DNA of 64,000 nt from Selaginella moellendorffii (lineage: Eukaryota; Plantae; Lycopodiophyta), in contig NW_003314336.1 of assembly GCF_000143415.4 (NCBI RefSeq), positions 844,853-908,852 on the forward strand. The letters are read 5' to 3'. The stretch's first letter is position 1. The number at the start of each line of letters is the position of its first letter. Shown piece by piece: positions 39,145-52,613 of the stretch. Below the pieces are notes generated by a model. That model had not been told where the DNA came from, did no database searches, and was given only the letters and a program-made list of their open reading frames with translations. The position numbers and the translations under genes are program-made.

Positions 39145-41513
39145 ATGAGCAGCCATGGATCGGCGGGAGCTGGCAGTAAATCGTCCAAGCGCCCACCGGC
39201 TGCGAAGAAGAAGCCAATCTCGGAGAATGGGAGCCTTCGGAAGACCAAATCGTAAGTTCTCCTCCTTTTCTCTCAAACTCTCTTAAGTTATAGGAATCCA
39301 TCAGCTCCGGAGGCGAGAGAACCGTCAAGAAGCTGAGGCTTTCCAAAGCCCTGACTATTCCCGATGGAACCACTGTAGCCGATGCTTGCCGCCGGATGGT
39401 CACCAGGCGAGTGGATGCTGCGTTGCTCACCGATTCCACTGCAATGCTTTGCGGGATTATCACGGACAAAGTAAGTGGTGTCTCTTCTTTTTCTCTTTTT
39501 ATAGTTTTTCTCTTTTGACATGCAGGATGTAGCCACTAGAGTGATAGCTGAGAACCTTAGGCCCGATGAAACACTGGTTTCGAAAGTCATGACTAAAAAT
39601 CCCGTCTTTGTCATTAGCGACGCGCTTGCTGTGGACGCTTTGCAAAAGATGGTCCAAGGTATTCTACAACTTTGATAGCCTTCGTGAGATTCCCAAACCT
39701 CCATTTCTCTGCAGGGAAATTTAGACACCTTCCAGTCGTGGAGAATGGCGAAGTCATTGCACTGCTGGATATAACAAAATGCTTGTATGATGCGATTGCG
39801 AGAATGGAGAAAGCAGCAGAGAAAGGAAATGCGATAGCTGCGGCTGTCCAGGACGTTGAACGACAGTGGGGAAACACGCTCAATAGTAAGTCTGAGGTTT
39901 TTCTTTTCTTTTTTCTTGTGTTTTATCCTATTGACGCGGTGGATTCTCGGCAGGCTCTTCAACTTTCATAGATACACTGCGCGAGAGAATGTTTCGGCCA
40001 ACGTTGTCAACGCTGATTAACGAGAACACGAAGTTAGTATATCTGTGATTGTTTTCGTCTTATTTATTTGCTATGAATGTCCAGAGTAGCTACTGTGTCT
40101 CCTTCCGACACCGTGTTGACAGCAACTAGAAAGATGCGCGAGTTTCGCGTGAACTCTGTAATCATCACGATCAACAATAAGCCGCAGGGGATCTTGACGT
40201 AAGTAAAATGTCTTTTCCTTACGGATCTCTAACCTCCTCTACTTTTTTTTAGCTCGAAGGATGTTCTCATGCGTGTTGTTGCGTCAAATCTTGCTCCCGA
40301 TTCGACCACAGTCGATAAGGTAATCTCTTATAATCTTCAACGAAAGCCTGTACTTCAGTTTTGCTGGATTTCAGGTCATGACTCCAAATCCTGAATGCGT
40401 TACACTGGAAACAACCATTGTAGACGCACTCCATACCATGCACGACGGGAAGTTTCTTCACCTTCCAGTGGTAGATCAGGGTACGTTACGAATCTCCGGT
40501 TTTCACATACATTCTGATTTTTGTTTGTTCTGAGATAAGAAAACTGCATTGTTGCATGCCTCGATGTGCTTCAACTTACTCACGGTGCTGTGGCTACGGT
40601 ATGTCGTCTAGAAACTCTAGTTTGATGGATTTCAATCTAACCATTTTCTCAAGGTTGGAAACGTTGGAGGTGGCACACCAAGTGAAACCGGAAGCACAAT
40701 GATGCAAAAGTTTTGGGATTCGGCATTCGCGCTGGACGCACCAGAAGACGACGACGAGACGCAAAGGTCTCATTTCCATTTGGCTTCCGTTTGTTGTCTA
40801 ACGAGAAGCTTGGGGTCAGTAATCTATCTGCAACGCTTACGTCGGAAGCATTCCACACCGAAGTTGGAAGGCTGGGATATCCATCCGGTGGACCCGGTAA
40901 CGTCTTTGGCTTTAAACTTAAGGACAGGAACGGGCGGGTCCATAGATTCAACTGCGGTACGTTTTGCGAGCGTCCGGATTTATTAAGCTGTTTGACTATT
41001 GGCTGTAAACTTTAGGCACGGAGAGCCTTACGGAGCTTGTATCTGCGGTAGTCCAACGTCTTGGAGATTATATAGATCGGAACAAGCCTCCTCAAATCTT
41101 GGTACTTTTTTTTCTAGCTAAAACAGCAAGCATAAACCGTTTAGTGCCTTTTTCCAGTACGAGGACGATGAACGGGATCGGGTGCTTCTGTCTAGCGATG
41201 GCGACCTTGTTGCGGCTGTCAATTTCGCGAAGGCAACTGGCTTGAAGGTAAGAAGAAGATTTGAAGCTGGAAAACCTTCGTGTTAAATCGTCCTCGACTC
41301 CAGGGTCTCAAGCTTCACGTAGACTACCCAGACGAACGGGCGAACGCTGCTACTCCAAGGAACTTGGAACGGATTCTCGAGGGAAGTCCATCGCAACAAA
41401 TGAAGCTAGAAACTGTATGGAGTGGAAATCACACAGCAACAGCGGCAATATTAGCTTGCTCGGCCGCTGTTGTTGGTGTCGGCCTTATCGTCTACTTGAG
41501 AAGATCATCATAA
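39145..41513 (+). CDS. CBS-CBS-PB1 domain protein (CBSCBSPB family) with a C-terminal TM tail
   Basis: GERTVKKLRLSKALTIPDGTTV, GKFRHLPVVENGEV, MHDGKFLHLPV, MMQKFWDSA, PB1 FKLKDRNGRVHRF...YEDDERDRVLL, and a hydrophobic C-terminus. Confidence 0.92.
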
Positions 41514-42064
41514 GATCAAAAGGAAAAAAAAAAAAACAAGGAAAATGAAAGATTTTCCAATAGCAGCATAGAACTGTGCTTAAAACTCAAACAAAACTAA
41601 AGGTTGGAGCGAAAGAATAAGTTTGTTTCTCCGCGTGAGAAGATAGGATATTAGATGATCGTGATCTCACGAAAAATGGAATCGTTTGGGATAGTCCTCC
41701 TCCTGTCCATGGTTCGAATCGTGTCAGACAAGTGGTGATATCTGGGTGTGTCCATCATTGTTTGACCCGTTGCAGTAAATTTGTAGACTAGGTTACGCTG
41801 TTGCTGTCCGTTTGGTTTCTAGGGTTTTCTGTGGCGCTGATCGATCGACTAGATCGCGGAGCGCCGGCAGCGCGTCACAGATCACCGGGTTCTGGCACCG
41901 CCAGCAATTAGAGCAATGAAATCGAGCGCGCGCGCGATTGTGAGGTAATTCGCAGGGGGAATGCGCTGGATTTTGGTGTGAATGCGCAGGCGATTGGTAT
42001 TCTCGCGAATCGCCCGCGCTTGGAAGAAACCATAGCCAAGAGAAATGTAGTGTTTCGCTGAGTG

Positions 42065-44974
42065 ATGAAATCCCTGGGTATTATGGATTCCTGCCGGAGC
42101 AGCCAGGTCCATGCGGATGTTTGCGTGGATAAGGCCACATTCGACCCCAGATTGCCTCTCAAGGCCGGCTCTAAGGCGGATGGAGAGTCCTGTTCATATA
42201 GCGGGTAAGCAAGCAACGCACTAAGGAAAAAAAAAAGATAGAATTTTCCCTTGCTTGTTCTGCCTATCTGATGCTTTTTTCGTTTTCCAGATTGTCCGTT
42301 TCTCAGTTAGCGGATCCTCCCATTCAACCGTATTACAAGCCCGTGGACTACGTCGACACTCTCGGCCAAGTCCACCAAGAGCTAGAAGTTTCGCCCGATC
42401 ATGACAAGTCCAGACTCTACTTGGAGCAGTCGTTTGTTTTCAGAGGCTTGGGTGAGCTCAAGCTGCTCCGGCGAAGCCTCCGATCAGCCTGGCAGCACGC
42501 GACGTCAACTCACGAGAAGCTTGTGTACGCGTCATGGTTAAAGTATGAAAGACGAGAGGAAGAGCTGGATAGCAAGTCAGCCGACTGCTGCGGCGTTGGC
42601 AAGCTAGATCTTCCACAACTGGAGGGTGCGGATGATCTGCTGCAAGCTTGCTCAACGTCTGGCTCACATGACGACGATATCGTTTTTCTCTTCGGATCAG
42701 AGCGGGTCCACTGCAACAGGCAAAAGATTGCAGCATTATCAGCCCCGTTTTACGCAATGCTAAATGGCTGCTTCACGGAATCTCAGACTCGTGCCATTCA
42801 GTTTTCCGAGAATGGCATTTCGGTTGTGGGGATGAAAGTGGTGGATACTTTCAGCAAGACAGGGACGCTGGGTCGACTGCCGCCTAAGATTATTTTGGAA
42901 GTTCTGTCGTTTTCAAACAGGTTTTTTTGCGAGAGGATGAAAGTTGCTTGCGACCAAAGCTTAGCAGCTCTTATACACAACCTGGACGATGCTATAGCGT
43001 TCGTCGACTATGGATTGGAGGAAACTGCACAGGTACTTGTTGCTACATGCTTGCAAGTTTTTCTAAGGGAGCTGCCTTTATCTTTGCGGAATCCGAACGT
43101 CTCGAAACATTTCTGCAACGCGGAGTCTAGGAAGAGATTTATCGCAGTGGGGCACTCGTCTTTTGCGTTGTACGCTCTACTGAGCCAGGTGGCTATGGAA
43201 GACGATATCAGCTCTCAACTCTCCGCCAGCCTTCTCTGTCAGCTCAGGGATTGTGCGTCGTCATTTCGGCAGAGAGCTCTAGTGTATCACCAGCAGGGCT
43301 GCGTGATGCTGGCCAGGAAGCAATACAAGGAAGCACTCGAGTTCTTCCAAGCGGCTGCTGAAGAAGGCCATGCCTACTCTTGCGCTGGGATCGCCAGAGT
43401 AAAGTTGAAGTGTGGGGACAAACAGGCTGCTTTCAAAGAGACTACCTGCTTGATAACTTGCTACAAGGCTTGTGGCTGGATGTACCAGGAAAGATCTCTA
43501 TACGGCAGCGGGAAAATGAAGATGGCCGATCTCGACAAGGCAACCGAGCTCGATCCGACATTGACATATCCTTATAAGTACCGAGCTGCTGCCTTGATGG
43601 ACGATCACAAAGTGGTGGAAGCTATAGCAGAGATCAATCGGGTTTTATGCTTCAAGGTGACTCCTGATTGCTTAGAGCTACGAATTTATTTCTGCCTTGC
43701 ACTGCAAGACTACGACGGAGCAGTGCGAGATATTCGAGCTCTTTTGACTCTCGATCCAGCTTATATGATGTACACTGGTCGTGTTAGCGCAGCGCAACTT
43801 TTGGTGCTCTTGAGCGAGCACGTCGACCAATGGACAAAGGCAGACTGCTGGATGCAGCTATATGACAGGTGGTCTTCTGTAGATGATATTGGCTCGCTTG
43901 CGGTTGTTCATCAAATGCTGGAAACGGATCCTGGAAAAGGCCTTCTTTACTTCAGGCAATCACTTCTCCTGCTCAGGTAATTTTTATCGATGTTTCTTGT
44001 GCTCTCTGGGACTCACACCTCTGCCTGTTGCACAGATTAAGCTGTCCGAAAGCTGCAATGCGGAGCTTGAGACTTGCGCGGGAGCATACGACGAGCGTTC
44101 CTGAAAGACTAGTGTACGAGGGCTGGATTTTATATGATACCGGCCATCGGCAGGAAGCCTTGCAAAAAGCAGAAGAATCCATCAGCATTCACCGGTCGTT
44201 TGAGGCCTTTTTCCTGAAAGCTTATGCGTTGGCAGATACTAGCCTGGATCCAGAATCGTCAACCAAGGTTATAAACCTTTTAGAAGAAGCATTGAGATGT
44301 CCATCAGATGGACTCCGGAAGGGTCAGGTAATCCTTCCATGTTTAGTTCGTGAAAGCTTGCTCACTCTTCAAACTTTTTCAGGCGTTAAACAACTTGGGA
44401 AGTGTCTACGTCGATTGTGGCAAGTTCGACTTGGCTGCCGATTGCTACGTAAGTGCCCTCAAGATCCGTCACACACGAGCACATCAGGGCCTCGCACGGG
44501 TGCACTTCCTCCAAGGTGACAGGAAGTCCGCCTACGATGAGATGACGAAGCTGATAGAAAAAGCATGCAACAAGGCCTCGGCTTATGAGAAACGCTCCGA
44601 GTACTGCGAACGGGACATTGGCATTTCAGACTTGAATATGGTGACGAAAATTGATCCGCTTCGTACCTATCCATACAGATATCGAGCCGCAGGTTAGCCT
44701 CATCTTTTTCGCACAGGCTTTGGTTTCTCAATATTTCAGTTCCACCTGTGCAGTGTTGATGGATAACCACAGAGAACAGGAAGCTATAGCAGAACTTTCA
44801 AAAGCCATTGCCTTCAAGGCCGACCTTCAGTTACTACACTTGCGTGGAGCTTTTTACGAATGCGTGGGTGATGTTGCGGCAGCACTCCGCGACTGCCGGG
44901 CCGCCTTGTCTGTGGATCCACACCACACCGACACGCTCGAGCTCCAGAACAAAGTCATGCAAGTCCGGGCGTGA
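42065..44974 (+). CDS. ETO1/EOL1-like BTB-TPR protein (CUL3 adaptor for ACC synthase)
   Basis: MKSLGIMDSCRSSQVH, YKPVDYV, AWLKYERRE-like, BTB (CNRQKIAALSAPFYAML.G.F.ES), LYDRWSSVDDIGSLAVVHQML, ERLVYEGWILYDTG, CPSDGLRKGQALNNLG. Confidence 0.93.
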
Positions 44975-45874
44975 AAGCACTCCGTGTACCACTACTGCTA
45001 CAACGTCTACAAGCTTAGGAAATGTACAATGATCGGCACTTTGATGATCGTCTATCTCGTCTGCTCAACACCTTGCTACTTTTTAGCTTATAGCTGGAGA
45101 GACACCAAACGGCGCCTTGTCCCTCCAGCGAAGTTTGCAAACTGGTAAATGTATCATTCACAATAAGCAGATTCAATTTATTCTTTACGTTCCCTTTTCC
45201 TTCAAACTTTGCAAGCTGATGAGTCTCGTTTCTTTCATTCTTGATGCCAGAGTGAAGATCACAAACTGGGAGTTTCTTTTATACAGGTGAATCACTGGAT
45301 CTGTCTCGAAAGGTCATTTTGGCTAGCTATAAACTTGTGTAAGGCTTTCTTGTTCTTACACTCTTGGGCTCCAGGGGATTAGAGCAAGCGAAAGATTGTC
45401 TCACTGGTGATTCGAGCAATCCTTGTCTCCTATTCTTTCATCACCATATAGTGGTGACTTTGATGGTGCTCGAAGAATTTCTTTGATGTGTTCTCTTTAG
45501 TTTGATCAATTCTTTTGTGCCAACGAAATTTTCTTCTCGGTAACAACCATTCGAAGACGACAAATACGAGAACTCGACGACCATGCAAGCCTTTGATTCC
45601 CGTGCCATCTGAGCCGCTGTCCCGAGACTGCCAACGGCGGAGATGTAGATAAACCGATTTGGCGCATCTTGACCGTTTGGAGCGGGGCGGGTATCCGACG
45701 GTCTCCTTTTGTTAGTCAAATTAAACCCAAACTGTTGACACAAATGCTGGGAGGTGAGAGCGAGCGAGCGAGAGAGAAGGGGTATTGATATCCATCGATC
45801 AATCCATCCCGTGAGCATTTGGGTCGCTAGCGCTCATCGAATCCGAGCTCGCATTGGGGCGAATTGGCGGGGCT

Positions 45875-48800
45875 ATGGCGTCCACAGCTGCAATGGGGCA
45901 GGCCACCACGATCCCAGCGTCTCTGAGCGGCCTCAAGAGCATGGAATCGGCTCCCAGCTGCCTCAAGCAATCGCCCACAAAAGTGGGAGGTAGCGCTGCC
46001 CGATTGAGAAGGCGAGGTCGGATTACCACCCGGAGCATGGCTCAGGATGTCGTGGAGATGGAGCCGGCATCGCAGAACAGTCCTCTTCTAGGTGAGATTA
46101 AGATTCTAGCTGAAAGTTAGAACAAGGAACAAGCTAGCTAGCATTCTCCTTCTCCTTCTTCTTCTTTTCTTTCTTTTCTTTCCTGACTGTTTTGGATGGA
46201 TTGTTTCGTTCAGTGCCGAGGCAAAAGTACTGTGAGTCCGTCCATAAAACGATCCGTCGACAAACTAGCACTGTGATGGTTGGAAACGTCGCTGTTGGTA
46301 GCGAGCATCCAATTCGCGTCCAAACGATGACCACTACTGATACCAAAGATGTTCTGGGAACTGTTGATCAGGTAAAGAACAAATAGAAAGTTTCGAGCTT
46401 TTCACATCTTTCTTTCATCCAGGTTATGAAGATAGCTGATAGAGGCGCAGATATTGTGCGAATCACTGTGCAAGGGAAAAAGGAAGCAGACTGTTGCTAC
46501 GAGATTAAAAACACTCTTGTCAAGAAAGGGTATGAAAACTTACTTCCGATTCTCTAGCTCGTTCGGTTTTTGGTGATGATCTTTGTTTTTATTTGCAGAT
46601 ATTCTATTCCCTTGGTTGCAGATATCCACTTTGCTCCATCGGTTGCGCTCAGAGTTGCCGAATGCTTCGATAAAATCCGCATCAACCCCGGAAACTTTGG
46701 TGAGTTTCTTGTTTAAGTGAGGCTTTATGACCATTTGACGATCTTCCAGCCGATCGAAGAGCACAGTTTGAGACGCTCGAGTACACGGAAGACGATTACC
46801 AGAAAGAGCTAGAACACATCGAAGCAGTATGTGAATCATATATGTTCTTGTCGATTGAAATTTACATCGCTATGTAACAACCGACCGCAGGTTTTTACTC
46901 CTCTCGTCGAGAAGTGCAAGAAGTATGGCCGAGCGATAAGAATTGGCACGAACCACGGCAGCTTGTCCGACCGCACCATGAGCTACTACGGCGACTCACC
47001 AAGAGGAATGGTAATTCTTCAGTTTCTTTTTCTTTTCTCATAACTGATCTTCTCTTCGTTTGCATTGTAGGTGGAATCAGCGTTTGAGTTTGCACGGATT
47101 TGTCGAAAGCTCGACTTTCACAACTTCCTCTTCTCGATGAAAGCAAGCAATCCGGTGGTGATGGTTCAAGCGTATCGTTTGCTGGTGGCTGAAATGTACG
47201 TAAACGGATGGAACTATCCACTGCACTTGGGAGTCACTGAAGCTGGCGAGGGTGAAGACGGCCGCATGAAATCCGCGATTGGAATTGGAGCTCTTCTACA
47301 AGACGGGCTTGGTGACACTATTCGTGTTTCGCTCACGGAGCCACCGGAAGAAGAAATCGATCCCTGCACAAGGCTTGCAAATCTGGGAATGCGTGCATCG
47401 TCTTTGCAACTCGGAGCACCAGTACGAAGCTTTTCCTTCTTGCTACTCTGCTTCTCAACTCCATTTTCCAGGAGCAATTCGAGGAGAAACATCGTCGCTA
47501 CTTTGATTTCCAGAGAAGAAGTGGACAGCTACCGCTTCAAAAGGAGGTTGGTCTATTCAAGCTTATGTATTTAATGTTCTACGTTTTGATTGGCTCTCTT
47601 TAGGGAGAAAGTGTCGACTACCGTGGCGTGTTGCATCGCGATGGATCTGTTCTTATGTCCGTGTCTCTGGATCAACTCAAGGTTTGATATAAAATCTTTA
47701 CTTTCTGTGCTCTATCTGACACAATATCAATCGTCTTGGCAGAATGCGGAGCAGTTTTACAGGTCTCTCGCAACGAAACTTATCATAGGAATGCCTTACA
47801 AGGTACTGGATTACTTGCTGTTCATGTGGAGTTTCTCGCTGAAAGTTATTGATCAAACAGGACGTTGCTACTGTTGATTCGATCCTGCTCAAGGAGCTTC
47901 CAGCTTTAGACGACAAGCCATCGGTTCGTAAAAGGTTTTGAGCTTGCAGCCAGTGACCGCTAACTTGATCTTTGCAGAGGCTTACACTCAAAAGGCTGGT
48001 GGACATAAGCATGGGAATACTGACTCCATTGTCACAGCAGCTTGAAAGACCACTTCCTCACGCCATAGCTCTCGTCACACTCGAAGAAGTTGCGTCCGGT
48101 GCTCACAACCAGCTTCCTCAAGGTTTGTTTTCCTTTGGTTTGTTTTCTTTCTTTGATGAAGTTTCTTTTTTTCGCTCAGGAAGCCGTATTGCTGTGATTG
48201 TACATGGAAATGAGCCATCGGAATTGCTGGAGCTGCTCAAAACGGTGGATGCGGTAATGCTGCTGCTTAACTCGCCACATGAAGAGACAGTCAGCCATGT
48301 CCACAACGCACGAAGGTTTATTTTCAAGTCGGCACTAAACTTCTTCTTAACTTGAAAGCCCTTTTGCAGGTTGCTCGAGTATCTCCAGTCGAATTCTCTA
48401 AGCTTTCCAGTTATCCACAACTTGGAATTCAAGCAAGGCCTTCGCAGGTACGACACAAGTTTCTTTCTTTGTTGTTTCCTTATTCCTAATGGCATTCTTT
48501 TTTCTCAGGGATGATTTCGTGATCAAGGCTGGAAGCGAAGCAGGAGCTTTGCTAGTGGATGGTCTGGGCGATGGAATACTCCTGGATGCAGCCGACCAAG
48601 ACTTTGACTTTGTTCGTTCTACTTCGTTTGGACTTCTTCAAGGCTGCCGAATGAGGAACACAAAAACTGTAAGTATGAGCTTGGAAGTCCTGGTTTTTCT
48701 CATATCTTTCATCTCCTCCAGGAATATGTGTCCTGTCCATCTTGTGGAAGAACTCTGTTCGATCTTCAAGACGTGAGCGCAGAGATCCGTGAGAAAACTT

Positions 48801-49140
48801 CGCATTTACCCGGAGTTTCAGTAAGTCACACACACTCCTTGTCGATGATATAACAATCTTTTCTTGCTGTAGATTGCGATCATGGGATGCATCGTAAATG
48901 GTCCTGGAGAGATGGCCGACGCTGATTTCGGCTATGTAGGAGGTGCTCCAGGAAAGATTGACTTATACGTAGGAAAGGTACGTTATTTTCTCCAGGGATA
49001 GTGGGAGCATTGGTTTAAATCATCGTTCTTTACAGCAAGTTGTCAAGCGTGGTATTGCCAAGGATCAAGCAACCGATGCTCTTATTCAACTCATCAAGGA
49101 TCACGGCCGCTGGGTTGACCCAGAGGTAGACAACAATTAG
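45875..49140 (+). CDS. HDS: 4-hydroxy-3-methylbut-2-enyl diphosphate synthase (GcpE/IspG), plastidial
   Basis: [80 protein letters not shown]; stop at 49138-49140. Confidence 0.97.
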
Positions 49141-49263
49141 CTTCGCTCAAGCTCGCAAAAGATTATTTTTTGAAGTCCCCCAAGTTTGAGAGAGCTCTGG
49201 AAGCGAAAAACACAGACAAGAAGAAGCTGCTGGCTTGAGATCCATGAAGAAAAGCTTACAAGT

Positions 49264-50978
49264 TTACAAGGATTTGTAGCTTGGATTCACCAGGTTCTCT
49301 ATGCCGGAAGTCACTCTCATAGATTCGATTGTATCACCGACTTTGAGGTCTGCAAGATATTCTTGGTTTTGGACAACGTAGCCGAAGACCGAGTAGCGAC
49401 CGTCTAGTATGTTGGCATTGCTCGGAGTGAGCTCGCTTTCTTTCAATAGCCAAAATATCTGGCTGGAAGCCGAGTCGTTCTCAAACTCCTGCAAACAAAG
49501 AAAATCTTCAATACACATAAAGAGGCCGTTTTTCTTACGTCGCGAGCCATGGCTAGCGTGCCAAACGCGTTGAATGGCAGCTTTGTTCTGGCCTTGTATC
49601 GTCCAAGTTCCTAGAAACACACAAACAGTGGTGCTAAAGGCATTGAAAATAACAGCAAGTGTACCTCCAGTGTGGCTCCGTAGATTGGCCCCTTGTCTCC
49701 GTCGACCATAATTTCCAAAGGAATGGTTCTTACTTTTCCCGTGCTTGGGTCGACAAAACCTTCAGCTGGTCCGGCAGGATCTCCCGTCTGGACAACAAAT
49801 CCATCCGCTGCAATAAACAAGGAGTGAAGTCAATGGTTTTTAAACACTTGACAAAAGATCAATCACGTCATACCTCGCTGGATTTCCATTCCATCGTAGA
49901 AATGCCTCTCGACCAAGTCAAGGAAGTTTCCCGCTGTTACCGGCGCGTTGTATCCATCGGCAACTATCCGGAACACCACGCTTTGTACGTTGGGATTGTC
50001 CTTCACGTTAACTTTCATCTCCACTGTAGCTCTTCCCTTCAGGAGTGGTCTGCTGGCATACTCCTCCGGGACCTCAAACGGGAACTGTGCCACCATGTCC
50101 TCCTCTACACTGCAGAAATCCAACGCCAGCTGCATTCAATACCAGAAGTATTCCTCATGAGACACTAACAATATCACGCAGCCAGACACTTACTCTCCGA
50201 CAATGTTGAGAAGTTCCGTTTGCTTTGGTGCCACACTCTCCTTGTCTGTCACGGTCTGAAAGTCCTGGAGCCCCGTCACAAGAGAACTTAGTAGCCCCTC
50301 AGCATGGCTCTTTTTCGCTTCGGCAACATCCGCAAGAATTTTCTCTTTGCTCTGGCTCAAGACGCGAGCAGCTTGCCTCACATTCTATGCCACACAGAAT
50401 TCTCATTAGAACGCAAACAGAATGAGAAACAAAAACCAAACCTTTTCAACGCTGTCAAGAGCTCTCGGCCCAGGAACTTTCAAGTTCTCGGTTATGTCCT
50501 CGAGAGATCTTTGGACCTCCCTGATCGGCTTGTTATTGATCGGCAGTCCATACCTCAAAAGCGCCGAAGGATCCTTGATCGGAGGACCCGATATGAGAAC
50601 GGCCACATCCGACACGGCAGGACCTCTCGCAAAGGCATGGACCACCTGAGGCCTCAAGGGCAGCGCAAACGTAGCAGCCAGTGCCACACACACGGCATAC
50701 TTTTGGAAAGCTTTCATCAACAATCCATCGCCATCTCCCTGTCATTCGAGAGAAAGAACGAAATGAGAATGCGATTGACAACGATGATTGTTACTGACCT
50801 CGCCAGTACCGCATTGCGCTCGGCATTGCATCGATAACCTACATTTCTTCCGCGGCACTGCCCTGAGCTGCTGCGATCCATCGGCACAGCCGGCCGGATC
50901 CAGGCGCTGGAGCTTGAACGAGGAGGAGGAGGAGGCGCAATATTCTAACCTAAGAGGCCGCCACACGCACATCGCCAT
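49264..50978 (-). CDS. CYP38: Thylakoid lumen cyclophilin CYP38/TLP40
   Basis: [81 protein letters not shown]. Confidence 0.95.
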
Positions 50979-51092
50979 AGCTGCGGGATCACTAGAACAG
51001 CCACTGGAAGGGATAGAATTCCCAGAACACGTGGATCACGTTATCGGGATAAAGCCAGCTGTACACTACCCTAATTAGGGCAAAGGTGGACG

Positions 51093-51914
51093 CTAGAAGA
51101 ATCGCGGGGAGTACAAGTGTGTGGGTGGCGTGCGGTACACCGCGGAGCCGGGCGGTGTCGCCGGCGGCGTACCGGGTGGCGACGTGTTGAGCAGCAGCAT
51201 CATCATGGTCGTCCGCGACGCCGACGTGGCGGGTGACGTGGCGTGCAGCCGGCGGCTCAGCTTGTTGCCCTGGGGCGAGGGGATGAAGATCGTGCAGTGC
51301 ATTGGCGGTTCTCGCGCTAGGGCTTTGATGCCCGGGGATGGCGTCGGCGATGGCGTGGCGGGCGGCGTGGAGAAGAGCGATGGCGACGAGGGCGGTGTCA
51401 CGAAGGGTGTGGCGATGGGCGATGGCGTCCCCGGTGGCTGCTGCTGCTGCTCCAATCCCTGGATGAGGGCGAAATCCAAGGATGCATTGCGGCTGGATCG
51501 CATCGTCACCGTCTCGGATTCGATCTCCTCCTTGGTCTCCTCGCGGATTGTGAAGAGGAAGCGAGGAGGACCCATGAGGTAGTCGCCGACGGCGGGGAAG
51601 AGCTTGGTGGACGCGAGCTCGCCCGGGAAGGATTGGTGGCGATTGGCGATCACGCTCACCTCTCGCAGCTCCAGTTCCTCGTCAGGGCGATCGAGCTCAT
51701 TCAGCTCTTGTGGATGATACCGCTGTTCTTGGCTGTGTGCCTCGAGAAGCGATGTTTCCTGCTGCTGATTGCTGCTCCTATCCATGATCCTGTGAGCTAC
51801 ATTCTTCCTCTTCTTCCAGCAAACCAGATAGTAGAGCTCGCCGACCAAAACGAGCACGAATCCCACGAAAACTACACTCAGCCCGATCCCAAGAGCACCC
51901 AAAGAGGATCCCAT
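51093..51914 (-). CDS. Intronless uncharacterised plant single-pass membrane protein, Pro/Thr/Ser-rich tail
   Basis: N-terminal TM ending ELYYL..WKKR, PPRFLFTIREETKEE and TPFVTPPSSP motifs, which I recall from a conserved plant family of unknown function. Confidence 0.75.
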   Translation of the reverse strand: MGSSLGALGIGLSVVFVGFVLVLVGELYYLVCWKKRKNVAHRIMDRSSNQQQETSLLEAHSQEQRYHPQELNELDRPDEELELREVSVIANRHQSFPGELASTKLFPAVGDYLMGPPRFLFTIREETKEEIESETVTMRSSRNASLDFALIQGLEQQQQPPGTPSPIATPFVTPPSSPSLFSTPPATPSPTPSPGIKALAREPPMHCTIFIPSPQGNKLSRRLHATSPATSASRTTMMMLLLNTSPPGTPPATPPGSAVYRTPPTHLYSPRFF

Positions 51915-52592
51915 TTTCTTTCCACCCGATCCACTGCTGGATCTAAATCTATCTAACCTTCTGGATGGGAATTAATGATTCCACTGGCGCGCATCAACCA
52001 CCATGCCGCATTTTTCTGAATCTAGCTAGCCTCGATCAATTTGAGGTGCTATTCTTGCCAGCTTCTTGTTTTGGCCCAAACGCTGGGATTCCATCCAAAT
52101 CCTCTCAAATCAACCAGTTGGGCCTAGCGGCATTCCTACCCTCATCTCTGCGACCCTCGAATCCATCGGAATTGGAGCTCGAGTTTCGAGAATCGAGCTC
52201 CCCTGTTTTCTATCGGGATTGGAGCGGCTGCCTACAGCTGAAATGCTTACTCAAATTCCCGCACCAAATTCGGTGATTCTTCCCCGATCTTCGTAGTCGA
52301 ATTGCGCTTGGGCGAGCGAGCGAGACAAGGAATGGAAAAGGGAAAAGAGTGAGAGCTCTCTCGGGCTTCTCATGCTCTTTCGAATGCTTTGCTTTGCTTT
52401 TTTTCTCCTTTTTCATCTCTCACTTTTGTTGCTGCTGCCTGCGAATTTTTGTTTCTTGTTGGAAGGGGCAGAGCAGCAGCAGTAAAAGGAGAGCGTGTGT
52501 TGTGTCAGTCCGCTGGCTCGAAACAGCAGGAATTAACAAAATTATCGCTACGCTGCGATTTATTAGCTCCATGCCAAAAAAGGGAGCTCCCA

Positions 52593-52613
52593 CTCTCTCT
52601 CTCTCTCTCTCTC
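52593..52613. repeat. (CT)n microsatellite in the intergenic region
   Basis: Seen directly. Confidence 0.85.

Noticed and set aside
52349-52591. miR159/319-like hairpin (GAGAGCTCTC ... AAGGGAGCTCCC)
   Set aside because: Only the last 12 nt match the mature miRNA; the 5' part (TTGGACTG) is absent and the arms pair only over GAGCTC.
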